Part shown: positions 15,974 through 17,511 of the stretch, piece after piece | How positions within the stretch are numbered: position 1 is the first letter of the stretch | How the letters are laid out: each line of letters starts with the position of its first letter | Assembly: GCA_030747675.1 (NCBI GenBank) | Contig: JASLKH010000045.1 | Location: forward strand, 1-17,511 | DNA length: 17,511 nt | DNA from: Candidatus Thalassarchaeaceae archaeon | GTDB lineage: Archaea > Thermoplasmatota > Poseidoniia > Poseidoniales > Thalassarchaeaceae | Reading direction: 5' to 3' | Program-made: the position numbers and the translations under genes | The notes under the pieces: model-generated | The model's input: only the letters and a program-made list of their open reading frames with translations | What the model was told of the DNA's origin: nothing | Database searches by the model: none

Positions 15974-16126
15974 TCAGCCAATGATTTTGGAAATCTTACC
16001 AGTGCATCCTTCTTGAGAACAAGTTCCACCTACACGTTTACGCCCATTTCCCATAGTAAAAAGCTCAGGACTAGAAATAGGTCCGTATGTTTTGCATTTT
16101 AGGCAGAATCCTTCGTAAGCAGTCAT
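15974..16126 (-). CDS. 50-aa four-cysteine microprotein, DUF5679-like putative zinc finger
   Basis: Not in the ORF track. MTAYEGFCLKCKTYGPISSPELFTMGNGRKRVGGTCSQEGCTGKISKIIG*, with CxxC, NGR and GTCxxxxC. It has its own CGAAT-CG-TTCATAT promoter-like element. The family match is from memory. Confidence 0.75.
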   Translation of the reverse strand: MTAYEGFCLKCKTYGPISSPELFTMGNGRKRVGGTCSQEGCTGKISKIIG

Positions 16127-16226
16127 GTCAACAAATGTCTCACTCTGGCGACAGATATGAACGATTCGCTCCTTTAACCAGTTAAATGAAATAACATTAA
16201 TTACAATTTAAAAAGGGATTATTAAA

Positions 16227-16243
16227 TTGAATGTTCTATTCAA
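16227..16243. terminator. Short hairpin downstream of alaX in an AT-rich spacer
   Basis: TTGAAT-GTTCT-ATTCAA, a perfect 6-bp inverted repeat 5 nt after the alaX stop. Confidence 0.3.
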
Positions 16244-16248
16244 ATTAG

Positions 16249-16968
16249 TTATTCATTCAATTTGTACTCCACCCTCAACTTTCCGGCGCCCTTACTCTTC
16301 ACCCGTGTAATTTCTAATTGAGGTATTTCCCTCGTATTGGCGACATGAGTGCCAGCGCACGGACATACATCGATATCACCAATTGCGATAGTCCTCCATA
16401 GATTGATATTTGGTGGCATACGATCCATATTTATTCGAACTAAGGGGTCATCAAGTAGGTCATTTACTTCTCTAAAATTCATTTTCACTTCAAGGGCATT
16501 ATCTATTTCATTGTTGACAATAGATTGCAAATGGGAAGCATCGAAAACATCCCTATTCTCGAATTTCAAGTCAATTCTTGTCGATTCAACACCTATTTGA
16601 TTCCCGACAGTTTCAGCCTTCCACTCTTCATTGGCTAAGGCACTAATAAGATGTTGAGCTGTATGCATTTTACACAATTGATTTCGCCTCTTTGTATCTA
16701 TTATGCATGTAATTTCATCCCCAACTTCAAATTCCCCGCTTATTTTTTCGAAATAATGCATCAAAGTTTCCTTTCCTCGCACATCTTGAATATTACACGA
16801 GAACCTCTTGTTCGAAAGCACGGCATGATCTGATGGCTGACCTCCACCCATTGGGTAACAATAACTCTCAGCGAGCTCGATAAAATCATCATTAAATGAG
16901 GAAATATGTGTCTTGAAAGGGCTTGGCGATGTACCTGGGTGGTGATTAAGATGGAGTAGTTTATTCAT
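16249..16968 (-). CDS. alaX: Alanyl-tRNA editing protein AlaX (AlaX-M size class)
   Basis: YPMGGGQPSD, HTAQH (HxxxH) and CAGTH (CxxxH) Zn/editing motifs. Start moved to ATG 16968 (GGTGA SD 5 nt upstream, 8-nt overlap with the upstream stop), giving 239 aa. Confidence 0.9.
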   Translation of the reverse strand: MNKLLHLNHHPGTSPSPFKTHISSFNDDFIELAESYCYPMGGGQPSDHAVLSNKRFSCNIQDVRGKETLMHYFEKISGEFEVGDEITCIIDTKRRNQLCKMHTAQHLISALANEEWKAETVGNQIGVESTRIDLKFENRDVFDASHLQSIVNNEIDNALEVKMNFREVNDLLDDPLVRINMDRMPPNINLWRTIAIGDIDVCPCAGTHVANTREIPQLEITRVKSKGAGKLRVEYKLNE

Positions 16969-17284
16969 CATCATCACCGATGTCAAAATCAATTGATGAT
17001 CCTTCCCAATCGGTAACGACATCCTCGTCTCCATCAAAGTGCTCTACAGGTATTTCACCCCGTGGATCAACGCTATAAAATTCAGGATCTCTTAAATCTT
17101 CTTTGATAGACTGAGGTGCTATATCAATTGATTTGACATCATCCTCGGGTTTTTCTTCATAGTCAATTTGAATGTGAAATGCACCACATTCTGGGCACCT
17201 TGTTGTTCCAATTTCTGCTAATGTTGAACATGACGGGCATACAGCCAAATTATCGAATTTCGATAAAGGGTCGGGGTCAGACAC
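16961..17284 (-). CDS. Double-CxxC zinc-ribbon protein with acidic C-terminus
   Basis: CPSC-x10-CPEC followed by an Asp/Glu-rich tail. Start moved to GTG 17284, because the longer track ORF overlaps the real upstream gene that ends at 17295. Confidence 0.75.
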   Translation of the reverse strand: MSDPDPLSKFDNLAVCPSCSTLAEIGTTRCPECGAFHIQIDYEEKPEDDVKSIDIAPQSIKEDLRDPEFYSVDPRGEIPVEHFDGDEDVVTDWEGSSIDFDIGDDDE

Positions 17285-17294
17285 CGAACCACAC

Positions 17295-17511
17295 TCATTC
17301 AAGGAACAATGAATCCCAATCGACAGTGTACTCTTCGTCATCACTTTCACGCTTGACTACCACGGCATCTTCATCATCGTCAAATCCAGTCACAGTACCA
17401 TACCAATCGCCATCTTCGTCCTCGACACCCACACGTGATCCGACGGTAATATCCTCGTCTTCTTCATCAGATTCATCGTCTTCTTCATCAGAGTCATCGT
17501 CTTCTTCATCA
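17295..17511 (-). CDS. C-terminal part of a very acidic protein ending in a Tudor/SH3-like beta-barrel (5' end outside the window)
   Basis: Not in the ORF track. DEEDDDSDEEDDESDEEDEDITVGSRVGVEDEDGDWYGTVTGFDDDEDAVVVKRESDDEEYTVDWDSLFLE*, open from 17510 to TGA 17297-17295. Confidence 0.8.
   Translation of the reverse strand, partial: DEEDDDSDEEDDESDEEDEDITVGSRVGVEDEDGDWYGTVTGFDDDEDAVVVKRESDDEEYTVDWDSLFLE
17449..17511 (-). repeat. 21-bp tandem repeat (at least 3 copies) encoding SDEEDD(D/E)
   Basis: TGATGAAGAAGACGATGACTC / TGATGAAGAAGACGATGAATC / TGATGAAGAAGACGAGGATAT; may continue beyond the window edge. Confidence 0.8.

Noticed and set aside
214-16833. Remaining short ORFs of the six-frame track, mostly plus strand
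   Set aside because: They overlap well-supported genes in other frames or strands and show no family motifs.

Overview
Archaeal genomic DNA, most consistent with Marine Group II Euryarchaeota (Ca. Poseidoniales). This taxonomy is inferred from the archaeal-type Kae1 and tRNA, GGTGA-type Shine-Dalgarno (SD) sites, BRE/TATA-like promoters and TSP3/beta-propeller surface proteins. Every gene except hutI is on the minus strand. From right to left: a partial acidic Tudor/SH3-like gene, a double-CxxC zinc-ribbon gene, alaX, a 50-aa four-Cys microprotein, tRNA-Val(GAC), an AT-rich spacer, hutI (divergent from kae1), kae1, a basic disordered protein, slyD, an mcmA1-mce-hypothetical-natA-natB run, a translationally coupled RHH-folE-queE-queC-queD (preQ0 synthesis) operon, and two paralogous beta-propeller surface proteins. 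The ORF track misses four real genes (1-1308, 7136-7309, 15974-16126, 17295-17511) and over-extends several starts. The best candidate for an undescribed system is the preQ0 operon. It is headed by a small ribbon-helix-helix (RHH) regulator, its promoter carries three GTAWTAC palindromes at an exact 11-bp period over the BRE/TATA, and its QueC has lost all four canonical C-terminal zinc-binding cysteines.
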